Source of the DNA: Dehalococcoidia bacterium
Lineage (GTDB): Bacteria; Chloroflexota; Dehalococcoidia; Lucifugimonadales; UBA3495
Assembly: GCA_030740155.1 (NCBI GenBank)
Contig: JASLXV010000008.1
Coordinates: 32,001-96,000, forward strand
Direction of reading: 5' to 3'
Length of the DNA stretch: 64,000 bases
Shown: positions 1-9,139 of the stretch, in pieces
Layout: each line of letters opens with the position of its first letter
How positions within the stretch are numbered: position 1 is the stretch's first letter
The notes under the pieces: generated by a model
What the model saw: only the letters and a program-made list of their open reading frames with translations
The model's database searches: none
Told to the model about the DNA's origin: nothing
Program-made: the position numbers and the translations under genes

Positions 1-2
1 AG

Positions 3-1115
3 GATACCCAAAGCCCGGTGGCCGGGCTGATCGTGCACCGGGGCGTCGTCGAGGAAGGCGATATCTCCCTGGGTGAAAGGGTATCCGCCCAAGTGGAACC
101 CTCCCGCCGCCTGGATTCGGCCCGGAACCACAGCGGCACCCACCTGCTCCACGCTTCGTTGCGGTCGATCCTCGGACCCCACGTGCGTCAGGCCGGGTCG
201 CTGGTGTCGCCGGACCGGCTGCGGTTCGACTTCAGCCACGTCAGCCCCCTTTCGGCCGAGGAGGTCGGGTCGGTCCAGAACCTGGCGAACGCGAGGATCC
301 GCGACAACCTCCGGGTGTCTGCCCATGAAACAACCTACGCCGAAGCGGTGCGTGAGGGAGCGCTGGCCTTCTTCGGGGACCGGTACGGGGACGTGGTGCG
401 GGTGGTGTCCATGGCCGGCGGAGATCAACCTGAGGGTGGTGAAAGCGGTCAGGGCGGGCCTTTCAGCCTGGAGGTCTGCGGCGGTACCCACGTGACGGCG
501 ACCGGCCAGGTGGGCACCCTGTTCGTCCTGGGCGAGTCCAGCATCGGCGGCGGGATGCGCCGTATCGAAGCGGTGACGGGTCAGGCCGCCGAGCGATTGT
601 TCGTCGACTATGCCGCCAAGCTGGAGAGCCTATCCCACAAGCTGCAAACCCCGGTGGTCGATCTGGAGGCCCGGTTGGACACATTCATCCGGGACACCGA
701 AGAGCTGCGGCGCCGGTTGGCTTCACTGGAGCGGACCGCGCTCCGGGCCGAAGCGGAGGCGATGCTGAAGCGGTTCGAGGACGTGGAAGGGGTCAAAGTG
801 GTGGCGGGCCGCACCTCGGCCACCAGCCCCGAAGCCATGCGGGAGATGGGAGATTTCTTGAAGGCCAAGCTTTCCAGCGTGGTCGTGGTCCTGTCGGCGG
901 TGATCAACGACAGTCCCTTGCTGATTACCATGGTCACCCCGGACCTGGTGGGCAGGGGCCTGCACGCCGGCAACCTGGCCCGCGATACCGCCAAGGTCAT
1001 GGGCGGCGGCGGCGGTGGCCGGCCCGAGATGGCCCAAGCAGGCGGCAAGGAGGTCGAGAAGCTGGAAGAGGCTTTGCAAGCGGTGCCGGGGCTGGTCCGG
1101 AAGGGCCTGTCTTGA
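3..1115 (+). CDS. alaS: Alanyl-tRNA synthetase, C-terminal part (5' end outside window)
   Basis: Editing-domain motifs NHSGTHLLH, QAGSLV-PDRLRFDFSH and ELCGGTHV-like EVCGGTHV. DHHA1 C-terminus GGGGGGRPEMAQAGG. Frame is open back to the window edge. Confidence 0.97.
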   Translation, partial: DTQSPVAGLIVHRGVVEEGDISLGERVSAQVEPSRRLDSARNHSGTHLLHASLRSILGPHVRQAGSLVSPDRLRFDFSHVSPLSAEEVGSVQNLANARIRDNLRVSAHETTYAEAVREGALAFFGDRYGDVVRVVSMAGGDQPEGGESGQGGPFSLEVCGGTHVTATGQVGTLFVLGESSIGGGMRRIEAVTGQAAERLFVDYAAKLESLSHKLQTPVVDLEARLDTFIRDTEELRRRLASLERTALRAEAEAMLKRFEDVEGVKVVAGRTSATSPEAMREMGDFLKAKLSSVVVVLSAVINDSPLLITMVTPDLVGRGLHAGNLARDTAKVMGGGGGGRPEMAQAGGKEVEKLEEALQAVPGLVRKGLS

Positions 1116-1151
1116 GGGTTTCATTCGAGCCTATTTACGGGAGTAGGGACG

Positions 1152-1565
1152 CTGAAACTACTGGCACTTGACCTGGGAGAGCGCCGGATCGGTCTGGCGG
1201 TCAGCGACGCCGCAGAGACCCTGGCTTTTCCCGCGGGCCACTTGGTGCGCTCCAATTTGAAGCCCGACGTAGAGCGCGTCCTGGCGATTGCCCGAGACCG
1301 GGAAGTCGAGGGATTCGTCGTCGGCATCCCCTTCAGCTTGAGCGGCGAAATGGGTCCGGGCGCCCGGCGGGCCCGGGGATTCGCCCGCTCCCTCCGGAAA
1401 AACACCGGTCTCCCGGTCTACACGGTGGACGAGCGCTTCACCTCCGTGGAGGCCGAGGGTCTGCTGCGGGAGGCGGGACGTCAACCCTCTCGAGAGAAGG
1501 GCTCCGTGGATGAAGCGGCCGCCGCGCTGATACTGGAACGGTTCCTGAAGCTTCGACGGGAGTAG
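1152..1565 (+). CDS. ruvX: Holliday junction resolvase-like / pre-16S rRNA nuclease YqgF (probable CTG start)
   Basis: In-frame extension upstream of ORF 1242 gives (L)KLLALDLGERRIGLAVSD. Also VVGIP, VDERFTS and VDEAAAALIL. Follows alaS as usual. GGAG lies 8 nt before CTG 1152. Confidence 0.92.
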   Translation: MKLLALDLGERRIGLAVSDAAETLAFPAGHLVRSNLKPDVERVLAIARDREVEGFVVGIPFSLSGEMGPGARRARGFARSLRKNTGLPVYTVDERFTSVEAEGLLREAGRQPSREKGSVDEAAAALILERFLKLRRE

Positions 1566-1824
1566 GACCCCTTCCCTAATCCGGTGCACCCTCGCCGCGG
1601 ACCGCCGGGGAGATTGAGCGCCTCTATCGCGACTTATCGGAGCACCTTGATTCCTTCAATGCCCTGTCTTATTGCCCGGTTACCTGCTATATTATAAGCG
1701 TGGGTCTTATCGACATCCGCAATATTCTTATACCTCAGGCCCTCGCACCAGTGAAACCAGGTATCGCGGCCAAATCCGGCACGGGTAGGTTGGTGGCGAT
1801 CTCCCACAGAGTGATGGGGGGGTT

Positions 1825-2553
1825 GTGTTCGGCGAATACATAGAACTCCAAAAACTCCTCGGCGCCATATTGGCCGGGTATTTGCTCGGTTCAATCCCCT
1901 TCGCCTACATCGCGGCCCGGTACCGGGGAATCGACATCTTCAATACCGGCAGCAGAACGGCGGGCAGCGCCAACGTGTTTTGGAACATCGGCCGGCGCCG
2001 CGGCAGCCTGGTCTTCACGGGGGACGTGCTGAAGGGGGCGGCGGCGGTGGCATTCGCCGGGCTGCTGGACGTATCGTGGTCCGTGGCCCTGCTCGCTGGA
2101 GGAGCGGTGATCCTGGGCCATTGGAAGTCGGTCTTCTCCGGCTTTCGAGGTGGCGACGGGATGGCGCCGCTGATCGGCGTCACCCTTACCCTGGAACCTG
2201 GAATGGGGGCCCTGGGCTTCTTGATCGGCATCGGTGTATTGTTGCTCCTGCACCGCTCGCCCCTGCGTTCGGCGTGGGGCGTATCTGCCTGCTTCTTGGC
2301 GATGCTGGGAGTGAGCCAGTACTACCAGGTAGATCGCGACCTGGTGATGGGGCTGGTGGCCTTGGCGATGCTGGTGCTGTTTCACAGCATCATGGGTCGC
2401 CGGGGCCGGATACGTATTCCGGACCAGGAACCGGTCGATCTGACCCTCGAACTCGAACGTGAACTCGACCTGGCCCTCGACCTGAATCTGGAAACGGACC
2501 CAGACTCCGACCCCGATCCCGAAATGGGACCGGCCACCCAAGAGGGCCGTTAG
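1825..2553 (+). CDS. plsY: Glycerol-3-phosphate acyltransferase PlsY-like paralog with acidic C-terminal tail
   Basis: GYLLGSIPFAYI, GSRTAGSANV, DVLKGAAAV and GHWKSVFSGFRGGDG motifs; several hydrophobic helices. Confidence 0.85.
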   Translation: MFGEYIELQKLLGAILAGYLLGSIPFAYIAARYRGIDIFNTGSRTAGSANVFWNIGRRRGSLVFTGDVLKGAAAVAFAGLLDVSWSVALLAGGAVILGHWKSVFSGFRGGDGMAPLIGVTLTLEPGMGALGFLIGIGVLLLLHRSPLRSAWGVSACFLAMLGVSQYYQVDRDLVMGLVALAMLVLFHSIMGRRGRIRIPDQEPVDLTLELERELDLALDLNLETDPDSDPDPEMGPATQEGR

Positions 2554-3725
2554 CCGTTCCCCTCCCCAGTGCGCTGCCAGCTCCACTGGAGCCGCCGGAG
2601 CTTCATGACCCAGCCCAGGTTGGCGTCGTCGGCTGCCTCTTCCCGGAGCTGAGGCGCCAAGCTCACCGCTTCTTCCAGGTGCCGGGCGCACCGGTCGAGA
2701 TCGCCGGTCTGAGAGTACAACCGGGCGGCGTTGTAGTGGGCGGCGGCGAAATCCGGAGCCAAGTCCAAGGCTGCAATGTACTCGGCCAACGCTCCATCCA
2801 CGTTTCCCGAGGCCTCCAGCGCCGCCCCCAGGTTGCTGCGGGCTTCGGCGAAATCGGAACGCAAGGCCAGCGCCCGCTGGTAGTCCGCAATGGCCAGCGG
2901 GTAGTCTCCCAGCTCATCGAAGGCCAGTCCCCGGTTGTTGAAAGCCTCGGCGTCCTCGGGCGAGAGCCTGACCACATCCGTGTAATCCGATACCGCTTCC
3001 TCCAGATGACCCTGGTAGTAGTGGGTTCTCGCCCGGTTGAAGAACGCGTTGCTATTCGATGGATTGAATTCCACCGCGGCGGAGTAATCGGCAATCGCCT
3101 GTTCGTGCTGCCCCAGCTCGTCCAGGGAAGCCCCCCGGTTGAGGAAAGCGTTGGACAAGTCCGGCCGCAGCTCGATGACCCTATCGAAGTCCTCGATGGC
3201 CCTGTCGTGGCGTCCCAGCCGGGCCAGGACCAGGCCCCGGTTATAGATGGCCTGGAGATAGTCCGGCTTCAACCCGACGGCCCGGCCATAGTCGGCGGAC
3301 GCCAGCTCATGCTCGCCCAAGTCGTCATAGGTATTGCCCCGCTGGTAGTAGGCCTCAGCCAGGGACGGCTGGCGTTCGGTGACTCTGGTAAACTCGCCAA
3401 GCGCCTCGCCCAACTTCTTCAGCCGGAGGTAGGCCAGCCCCAGGTTGAAACCGGCGTCCGGATGGGCCGGCCGGCGTTCCAGAATTTGTTGGTACACGGC
3501 GGCCGCGTCGGCAAACCGCCGGGCGGCGAAACAGCCGTTGGCGTACACCAGGCTGGCTTCGGCCGGAGGAGCAGCCTCCAGAGCGGCCAGCACCCGCTGT
3601 ATTTCCTGCTGCGCCTGATCGGTCAGTCTCGCCCCCCGAGGCCGGGGAGTGAGGCGGGTGACCCCGATCTCATTTTCGTCAAGCAGTTCGGACAGAGAGG
3701 ATAGCAGCGTGTCGGTTAGTTCCAT
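2550..3725 (-). CDS. Tetratricopeptide repeat protein
   Basis: About nine 34-aa repeats of type A-Y/F-x-NRG-xx-y-x-LG-xxxxA-xxDy-xxA-xxL-xP. Confidence 0.92.
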   Translation of the reverse strand: MELTDTLLSSLSELLDENEIGVTRLTPRPRGARLTDQAQQEIQRVLAALEAAPPAEASLVYANGCFAARRFADAAAVYQQILERRPAHPDAGFNLGLAYLRLKKLGEALGEFTRVTERQPSLAEAYYQRGNTYDDLGEHELASADYGRAVGLKPDYLQAIYNRGLVLARLGRHDRAIEDFDRVIELRPDLSNAFLNRGASLDELGQHEQAIADYSAAVEFNPSNSNAFFNRARTHYYQGHLEEAVSDYTDVVRLSPEDAEAFNNRGLAFDELGDYPLAIADYQRALALRSDFAEARSNLGAALEASGNVDGALAEYIAALDLAPDFAAAHYNAARLYSQTGDLDRCARHLEEAVSLAPQLREEAADDANLGWVMKLRRLQWSWQRTGEGNG

Positions 3726-3777
3726 CTTGGCTTTAAGGATAACACCGGGCGTGGCTCAGGGGAACGGCGCGTCCCCG

Positions 3778-3806
3778 TTGATGAATTCAGCCGCCGCCCT
3801 TACAAT
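3778..3806 (+). promoter_or_regulatory. Sigma70-type promoter for the glutaredoxin-like gene
   Basis: TTGATG-17 nt-TACAAT, about 40 nt upstream of the GTG start. Confidence 0.5.
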
Positions 3807-3844
3807 AAAGTTGGTGTGTTTATTTCTTAACGTGGGAGTCCAAT

Positions 3845-4084
3845 GTGACGCAAACCAGCGAGCCGGCAATTGTAATGTACACTCACCCCTCGTGCGCCTT
3901 TTCGGCGGCAGCCAAGGCGGACTATCGCAAGCGCCAGGTGGAATTCGTCGAGATTGATCTGTCCCTGCAACCGGATGAGATCCCCGGCCTAGAACGGCTG
4001 ACCGGAGGCGAACGGGTCACCCCTGTGATCGTCCACAACGGCGACGTCACCATCGGTTTCAAAGGGGGATATTGAGAATTCTAG
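3845..4084 (+). CDS. UXX-star-type glutaredoxin-like selenoprotein (Sec at UGA 4073-4075, true stop TAG 4082-4084)
   Basis: Grx fold: MYTHPSCAFS...TPVIVHNGDVTIGF. The 3' end reads GGA TAT TGA GAA TTC TAG = GY-U-E-F-stop, followed by a SECIS-like hairpin. Confidence 0.8.
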
Positions 4085-4088
4085 CTAT

Positions 4089-4103
4089 GGGCCTGTTAGG
4101 CCC
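4089..4103 (+). promoter_or_regulatory. Candidate bacterial SECIS hairpin
   Basis: GGGCCT-GTT-AGGCCC stem-loop. The apical G (4095) followed by U lies 20 nt after the UGA. Confidence 0.6.
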
Positions 4104-4246
4104 GCACCCCTGGCACACCCCATCTTCCCTGGTCCCGGCCACGGGGCCGAACCCTCGTCACTGACATCCGCTTGTTGTGGGCTCCGTAAGCCTATGGTAG
4201 GATGCTGCGCAGGCCACCATAGACCAATAACGTGAGGATGACGGGA

Positions 4247-5329
4247 ATGGATAAAGACAAACTCGCAGCTCTGGAAATTGCGCTGGGGCGAATCGAAAAG
4301 GATCACGGAAAGGGCGCGGTAATGCGCTTGGGCGAGGTGAGCGACCAGCTGATGACCGAGGCGATCGCTACAGGCTCTTTGGCGCTGGACATGGCGCTGG
4401 GCATCGGCGGCATCCCCAAGGGACGGGTCACCGAAATCTTCGGGTCTGAATCCGCCGGCAAGTCCACCTTGGCCATCCACATCATGGCCGAGACTCAAAA
4501 AGCGGGCGGCATCGCGGCCTATGTGGACGTGGAGCACGCCATGGACCCCACTTACGCCGCCAACTGCGGCCTGAATCTGGACAACCTCCTCATTGCTCAG
4601 CCCGATAGTGCCGAGCAGGCCCTGGACATTACCGAGCAACTGGTCCGCAGCGGGGCGGTGGACGCGATCGTGGTCGACAGCGTGGCCGCCCTGGTTCCTC
4701 AGGCGGAGATTGAAGGAGACATGGGCGACGCCCATGTCGGTTTGCAGGCGAGGCTGATGTCCCAGGCCCTTCGGAAGCTGACCTCCACCATTCACCGGTC
4801 CCGGACCGCGGTGATATTCATCAACCAACTCCGCGAGAAGATTGGTATCGCCTACGGTAGCCCTGAGGTTACCCCGGGCGGGCGGGCCCTGAAGTTCTAC
4901 AGCTCCGTTCGGATCGACCTGCGACGGGTGGAATCGCTAAAGCAGGGTCCCGAGGCAATCGGCAACCGGGTACGCGCTCGAGTCGTCAAAAACAAGGTAG
5001 CCGCTCCCTTCCGCGTGGCTGAATTTGACATAATGTTCAACCAAGGTATCAGCAAGGTGGGCGACATCCTGGACCTGGCGGCAGCTCAAGGAATTATCAA
5101 GAAGGCGGGGGCCTTTTACTCCTACGGTGATACCCGGTTGGGCCAGGGACGGGAGAACTCCAAGGAATTCATGATTCAACATCCCGAGATCGCTGACTCT
5201 ATCGAAGCCCGGGTACGGGGCCACGCCTCGAATCCGGACGAGCCGGCAACCGGCGAAACAGACTCAGACAACCATCATCAATCCGGCGATACGGTGCCGG
5301 CCTCCTCCGAACCGGAGCCGCCGAAGTAA
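4247..5329 (+). CDS. recA: Recombinase RecA
   Basis: [37 protein letters not shown] and [14 protein letters not shown]. Alternative starts at 4232 and 4238. Confidence 0.99.
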   Translation: MDKDKLAALEIALGRIEKDHGKGAVMRLGEVSDQLMTEAIATGSLALDMALGIGGIPKGRVTEIFGSESAGKSTLAIHIMAETQKAGGIAAYVDVEHAMDPTYAANCGLNLDNLLIAQPDSAEQALDITEQLVRSGAVDAIVVDSVAALVPQAEIEGDMGDAHVGLQARLMSQALRKLTSTIHRSRTAVIFINQLREKIGIAYGSPEVTPGGRALKFYSSVRIDLRRVESLKQGPEAIGNRVRARVVKNKVAAPFRVAEFDIMFNQGISKVGDILDLAAAQGIIKKAGAFYSYGDTRLGQGRENSKEFMIQHPEIADSIEARVRGHASNPDEPATGETDSDNHHQSGDTVPASSEPEPPK

Positions 5330-5343
5330 ATGGACCACCTCAT

Positions 5344-5392
5344 GGCGAAGGGGGGCCATCGCCGCCGCACCGGGTGGCCGCCCCCCTTCGCC
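5344..5392. repeat. GC-rich inverted repeat downstream of recA (possible attenuator of recX read-through)
   Basis: Perfect 12-bp arms GGCGAAGGGGGG / CCCCCCTTCGCC; no U-tract. Confidence 0.55.
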
Positions 5393-5600
5393 GGGATTGC
5401 CTAAGGTCACCCGGCCCCCGTCCCACGGCCGCTTCGAAATTGGAATGCCCGGGACGGGTCTACCTCGGCCGGCACCCGTCGGTCTTTGATGGACCGGCTC
5501 GGACCCACTGGAAAACCCCAAGGCGAAGATTCGATACGTCCCGCCGGAAGACCAGCTACGAACCTTGCAACTGCAAACCACCCTGGCCAAAGATGAGTAG

Positions 5601-6134
5601 ATGATGCCTTCAGGGGAGTCTTGCGTCGACCGCGACTCGGACGGTGCTCTGGCCCGGGCCAAGCGAGACGCCCTACGGTTGCTTGCCTACAGGGCCCGGA
5701 GCGAGGCTGAGGTCCGGCGGCGGCTCGGAAAGAACTACTCCTCGGACATCCTCGACCGGTTAATCTCCTATCTCAAGAAAACACGCTATCTCGACGACAT
5801 TGCGTTCGCTCGGGAGTGGCGTGAGCACCGCGAGCGACTCCGGCCTCGGGCCGCGGGTGTTTTGCGCCAGGAGTTGCTTGGTCTAGGAGTAGATGCCGAG
5901 GTGGTCCGAGAGGCCCTTGAGGGATTTGATGCCGGCGAGAACGCCTACCGCGCGGCACGGGCCGTAGCCGGTAAGCTGAAGGGGAGCGAGTTTCCCGTTT
6001 TCTTGCGCCGGGTCGGGTCGTACCTACATCGGCGCGGCTTCGAAGGGCCGGTCATCGAGGACGCGGTCAACCGAATCTGGCGGGAGCTAGCGGACCCGTT
6101 GGACGGCGGCGTAGACGCCGAAACCGAGGAATAG
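5601..6134 (+). CDS. recX: Regulatory protein RecX
   Basis: ALRLLAYRARSEAEVRRRL, YLDDIAFA and YLHRRGF; directly downstream of recA. Confidence 0.93.
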   Translation: MMPSGESCVDRDSDGALARAKRDALRLLAYRARSEAEVRRRLGKNYSSDILDRLISYLKKTRYLDDIAFAREWREHRERLRPRAAGVLRQELLGLGVDAEVVREALEGFDAGENAYRAARAVAGKLKGSEFPVFLRRVGSYLHRRGFEGPVIEDAVNRIWRELADPLDGGVDAETEE

Positions 6135-6602
6135 CAGCCCAAAGATGCTGAAACTGAAAGGGCTGATGATCCAGCTAATCAGGAAGGCGCCCGCGACGGA
6201 GCCTCCGGTGATCCAAGCCAGTCCGGTGCCGCGCTTGCGGTTGACCGCCTTGCTGATGAGTTCCCCGGCCCCGTAGCCAACCCCAATGGCAGCCAGGGAG
6301 GGGAAGAAAGGGATTGCCCCGAAGATGCTGGTGAACAGGGCCCACAGGAGGCCACCGGCGATTGCCACCGCTACCGCGACGCCCGCGGCCCGGGCGTAGT
6401 AGGTGGGCCGCACGTCGTAGGTGGGCATCCGGACCGCTTTGCCGCACTCCCGGCAGCGGATTCCCACCGGCGCCTGCACCATGCATTGGGTGCAAACAAA
6501 CTTCGCACACCGGCTGCAAAACAACCCCGTCTCCACGGCCGGGTGCCAATGGCAGTGGTGGACCGCCTCCTGTTCCTGCTCGGTTTGCGCTGAATGGTCC
6601 AT
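6087..6602 (-). CDS. B-box-type zinc finger membrane protein
   Basis: CHWHP-x5-CSRC-x4-CTQC-x8-CREC followed by about 4 hydrophobic helices. Start placed at MDHSAQ. Overlaps the recX 3' end by 48 bp (convergent). Confidence 0.75.
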   Translation of the reverse strand: MDHSAQTEQEQEAVHHCHWHPAVETGLFCSRCAKFVCTQCMVQAPVGIRCRECGKAVRMPTYDVRPTYYARAAGVAVAVAIAGGLLWALFTSIFGAIPFFPSLAAIGVGYGAGELISKAVNRKRGTGLAWITGGSVAGAFLISWIISPFSFSIFGLLFLGFGVYAAVQRVR

Positions 6603-6628
6603 AACCCTCGACTCAGGCCTGAATCGCT

Positions 6629-7303
6629 CTATTTGGCGCCTTGGGGTTGTCGGTGCACCCAATCGGCGCGATCGTCCACGTCCCGGTCCCGAAACAGGCG
6701 GTTGAAAATCACCTTCCTTTTCGGAAGACCTTCCGGCAGTGGAGTCCAGTTGGATAGCAGCCGCTTCAAAGATATTAGCAGCAGTAAGCCGGCACAATAC
6801 CAGCTTAACATGCCCGGCGCCCCGGAGAGGAATGCCCAGAGCGGCAGCAATGCCAGGGAAATCAGCACCCAAACTCCCGAGCTTCGAGTCACGGCCCAGC
6901 CCAAGAGGGCAATCGCGATAGCCGTCGCCATCAACAAGGGGGAGAGGGCCAGAAGCGTGCCAACCGTGACCGCGATGCCTCGGCCTCCCTGAAACTTCAG
7001 GAATACCGACCAGTTGTTTCCAGCAATAGCCAACAGCGGAACGACCACCAGAAGGGCCGAGGAGGTTTCCCAATCCAGCAAATACCGCCCGATCCAAACC
7101 GGGGCAGCTCCCTTGAGAAAGACCTCAGATACCGACAACGGGACCACCCACCATCTCCCGACGTGACGAAAGAGGTTGGCAGCCCCCACGTTGCCGCTGC
7201 CGTAGCCCCGGATGTCCACCCCCTTCACCAGCTTGCCCATTAGATAGGCACTGGGAATGGACCCCACCAGATAGGAAAAGATGTACAGCCCTGCTATTTC
7301 CAT
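6629..7303 (-). CDS. plsY: Glycerol-3-phosphate acyltransferase PlsY
   Basis: YLVGSIPSAYL, DIRGYGSGNVGAANL and WSVFLKFQGGRGIA motifs. Confidence 0.88.
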   Translation of the reverse strand: MEIAGLYIFSYLVGSIPSAYLMGKLVKGVDIRGYGSGNVGAANLFRHVGRWWVVPLSVSEVFLKGAAPVWIGRYLLDWETSSALLVVVPLLAIAGNNWSVFLKFQGGRGIAVTVGTLLALSPLLMATAIAIALLGWAVTRSSGVWVLISLALLPLWAFLSGAPGMLSWYCAGLLLLISLKRLLSNWTPLPEGLPKRKVIFNRLFRDRDVDDRADWVHRQPQGAK

Positions 7304-7341
7304 AGAAAACAGCCGAAGTGCAGCCAGGTTCCTGGGAAGCG

Positions 7342-8193
7342 CTAGCTTCGGAAGGTTCGCGCCAGTTTACTGGCCGCCTCTTCCAGGCGTTCCACCGTCG
7401 ACAGAGGCGGTCCCAGGGTGCCCGGCAGGGGTTCGCCGGAGTTGCCCAGCCCGTGGTAGTCGCTGCCTCCGCAGGGGATCAGGTCATATTGCGCCGCCAA
7501 CCGCTCCAGTTTTCGGCGCGTATCCGCGTCGAACTGGGCGTAGTGGACCTCCAACCCCAGGAGGCCGGCGGTCTTCAACTTGGCGATCGAGGCTTCCATG
7601 TTCTTCAAGTAGGCCGGGTGGGCCAGCACCGGTACGCCGCCGACCCTGGTCAGGGTTTGGACCGCCTCTTCCGGTGTCACCTTCTCCCGCTCAGCATAGG
7701 CCAACCCGCCACGGCCCAAATACTCGGTGAACGCGTCCCGGGGCTCGTTGCAATAACCGTTCTCCACCATGGCCAAGGCGATGTGCGGGCGGCCCACGGC
7801 TCCGTCGCCGGCGATCTCCAGGACCCGCTCCCATTCCACGTGAACCCCCAGGCTGGCTAGCTTTTCCACCATCATCTGGCCACGCTCCAAACGGCCCGCG
7901 CGGAACTTTCGCAGCATCTCCTGGAACTCCTCATCCTCATAGTGGATGAAGTACCCCAGCATGTGAATCTCATCGCCGGGAATGTCGGTGCTCAGCTCGA
8001 TGCCTGGGATTATCCGCAGGTTGGGGAACTCCTCCGCGGCCCGGTAGGCTTCGGCCAGCCCCTCGGTGGTATCGTGGTCGGATATGGATATCTGCTGTAG
8101 CCCCTGGCTCGCCACCAGCCGGATCAGCTCGGTGGGGGAAAGCCGGCCGTCGGAAGCGGTGGTGTGTAAATGGAGGTCGACGAGGGCGCCCAT
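7342..8193 (-). CDS. PHP-domain phosphoesterase (TrpH/YciV-like)
   Basis: DLHLHTTASDG, ISDHDT, GIELST, HMLGY, GRPHIA, LAHP and GGSDYHG. Confidence 0.92.
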   Translation of the reverse strand: MGALVDLHLHTTASDGRLSPTELIRLVASQGLQQISISDHDTTEGLAEAYRAAEEFPNLRIIPGIELSTDIPGDEIHMLGYFIHYEDEEFQEMLRKFRAGRLERGQMMVEKLASLGVHVEWERVLEIAGDGAVGRPHIALAMVENGYCNEPRDAFTEYLGRGGLAYAEREKVTPEEAVQTLTRVGGVPVLAHPAYLKNMEASIAKLKTAGLLGLEVHYAQFDADTRRKLERLAAQYDLIPCGGSDYHGLGNSGEPLPGTLGPPLSTVERLEEAASKLARTFRS

Positions 8194-8194
8194 T

Positions 8195-8965
8195 CTAGCT
8201 CACCATCCGGTCCAAGCGCTCGATAGACTGGGCCTTCCCCGTTTCCACGTCAATGTCCAGCAGCACCGAGTTCATCAACACCGGTCCCCGGGCTACCGTG
8301 AGCCGCTGGGGCAATCCCGAGAGGAACCTCTCCAAGACCGCGCTGGGATCGCTACCGATAACCGAGTCCGCCGGCCCGGTCATCCCCACATCGGTGACAT
8401 AGGCCGTACCTTGGGGCAGAATCTTGGTATCCACGGTGCCGACGTGGGTGTGGGTGCCCACGACCGCGCTCACCCGGCCGTCCAGATACCAACCCAGGGC
8501 TTGCTTTTCGGACGTGGCCTCGGCGTGGAAGTCCACGATAATCACCCGGGGGCCACCTGCGGCCTCGGATTCATTCAGGAGCTGGTCCGCGGTGCGGAAA
8601 GGGCAGTCCAAAGGCGGCAAGAAGACGCGGCCGATCAAGTTGACCACCATCACATCGCCCCAGACCAGGCTGCCCCGGCCGGGCGCATTGGGGTAGTTGG
8701 CCGGGCGCACAAGTGGGATCTCCCCGTCCATGTGGGGAATGATCTCCCGCTGGTCCCAGATGTGATTGCCGGAGGTTAAGACATCCACGCCGCTCTCGAG
8801 CAACTCGTAGGCCGTGTCCAGGGTAAGCCCGAACCCGCCGGCCGTGTTCTCGGCGTTGGCGATGACCATGTCGATGCCGCATTCCTGCCGGACCAGGGGC
8901 ACCAGCTTCTGGAGGGCCCGCCGCCCCGGCTTGCCAATCACGTCACCGATCATCAATATGCGCAA
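8195..8965 (-). CDS. ymdB: YmdB-like metallophosphoesterase
   Basis: IGDVIGKPG, NAEN, TSGNHIWD, DFHAEATSEK, GTHTHV and TDVGMTGP; downstream of rny. Confidence 0.94.
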   Translation of the reverse strand: MRILMIGDVIGKPGRRALQKLVPLVRQECGIDMVIANAENTAGGFGLTLDTAYELLESGVDVLTSGNHIWDQREIIPHMDGEIPLVRPANYPNAPGRGSLVWGDVMVVNLIGRVFLPPLDCPFRTADQLLNESEAAGGPRVIIVDFHAEATSEKQALGWYLDGRVSAVVGTHTHVGTVDTKILPQGTAYVTDVGMTGPADSVIGSDPSAVLERFLSGLPQRLTVARGPVLMNSVLLDIDVETGKAQSIERLDRMVS

Positions 8966-9139
8966 GAGTGATCGCTCCCCCGTTTCAGCCGCCGCGACAG
9001 TCGAAGGGGACCCAGTCCCGGCTACAGCGGCGCCCTGGATCCCCTATCGAGGACTGTATCCGATACCGTTTGGTATGTTTGGTCACCGGGTGCCCCGTCC
9101 GGCCGGTAATGGTGGCAAGCCGGAAGATCAGCGGAGGCG

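Noticed and set aside
1113..1150. alaS UGA as a selenocysteine codon
   Set aside because: It falls at the normal AlaRS C-terminus with no Cys-equivalent position. The downstream hairpin is weak and better explained as SD occlusion.
2679..3704. Long antisense ORFs (e.g. 2679-3704, 19024-20016, 35336-36598, 41413-42693)
   Set aside because: Shadow frames of real genes, expected in high-GC DNA; no protein motifs.
2550..3725. Periodic DNA similarity at about 102-bp spacing
   Set aside because: Explained by TPR coding repeats; not a CRISPR array or mobile repeat.
4149..4162. Possible LexA box upstream of recA (CGAAC-CCTC-GTCAC)
   Set aside because: The right half-site has two mismatches to GTTCG/T; too weak to call.
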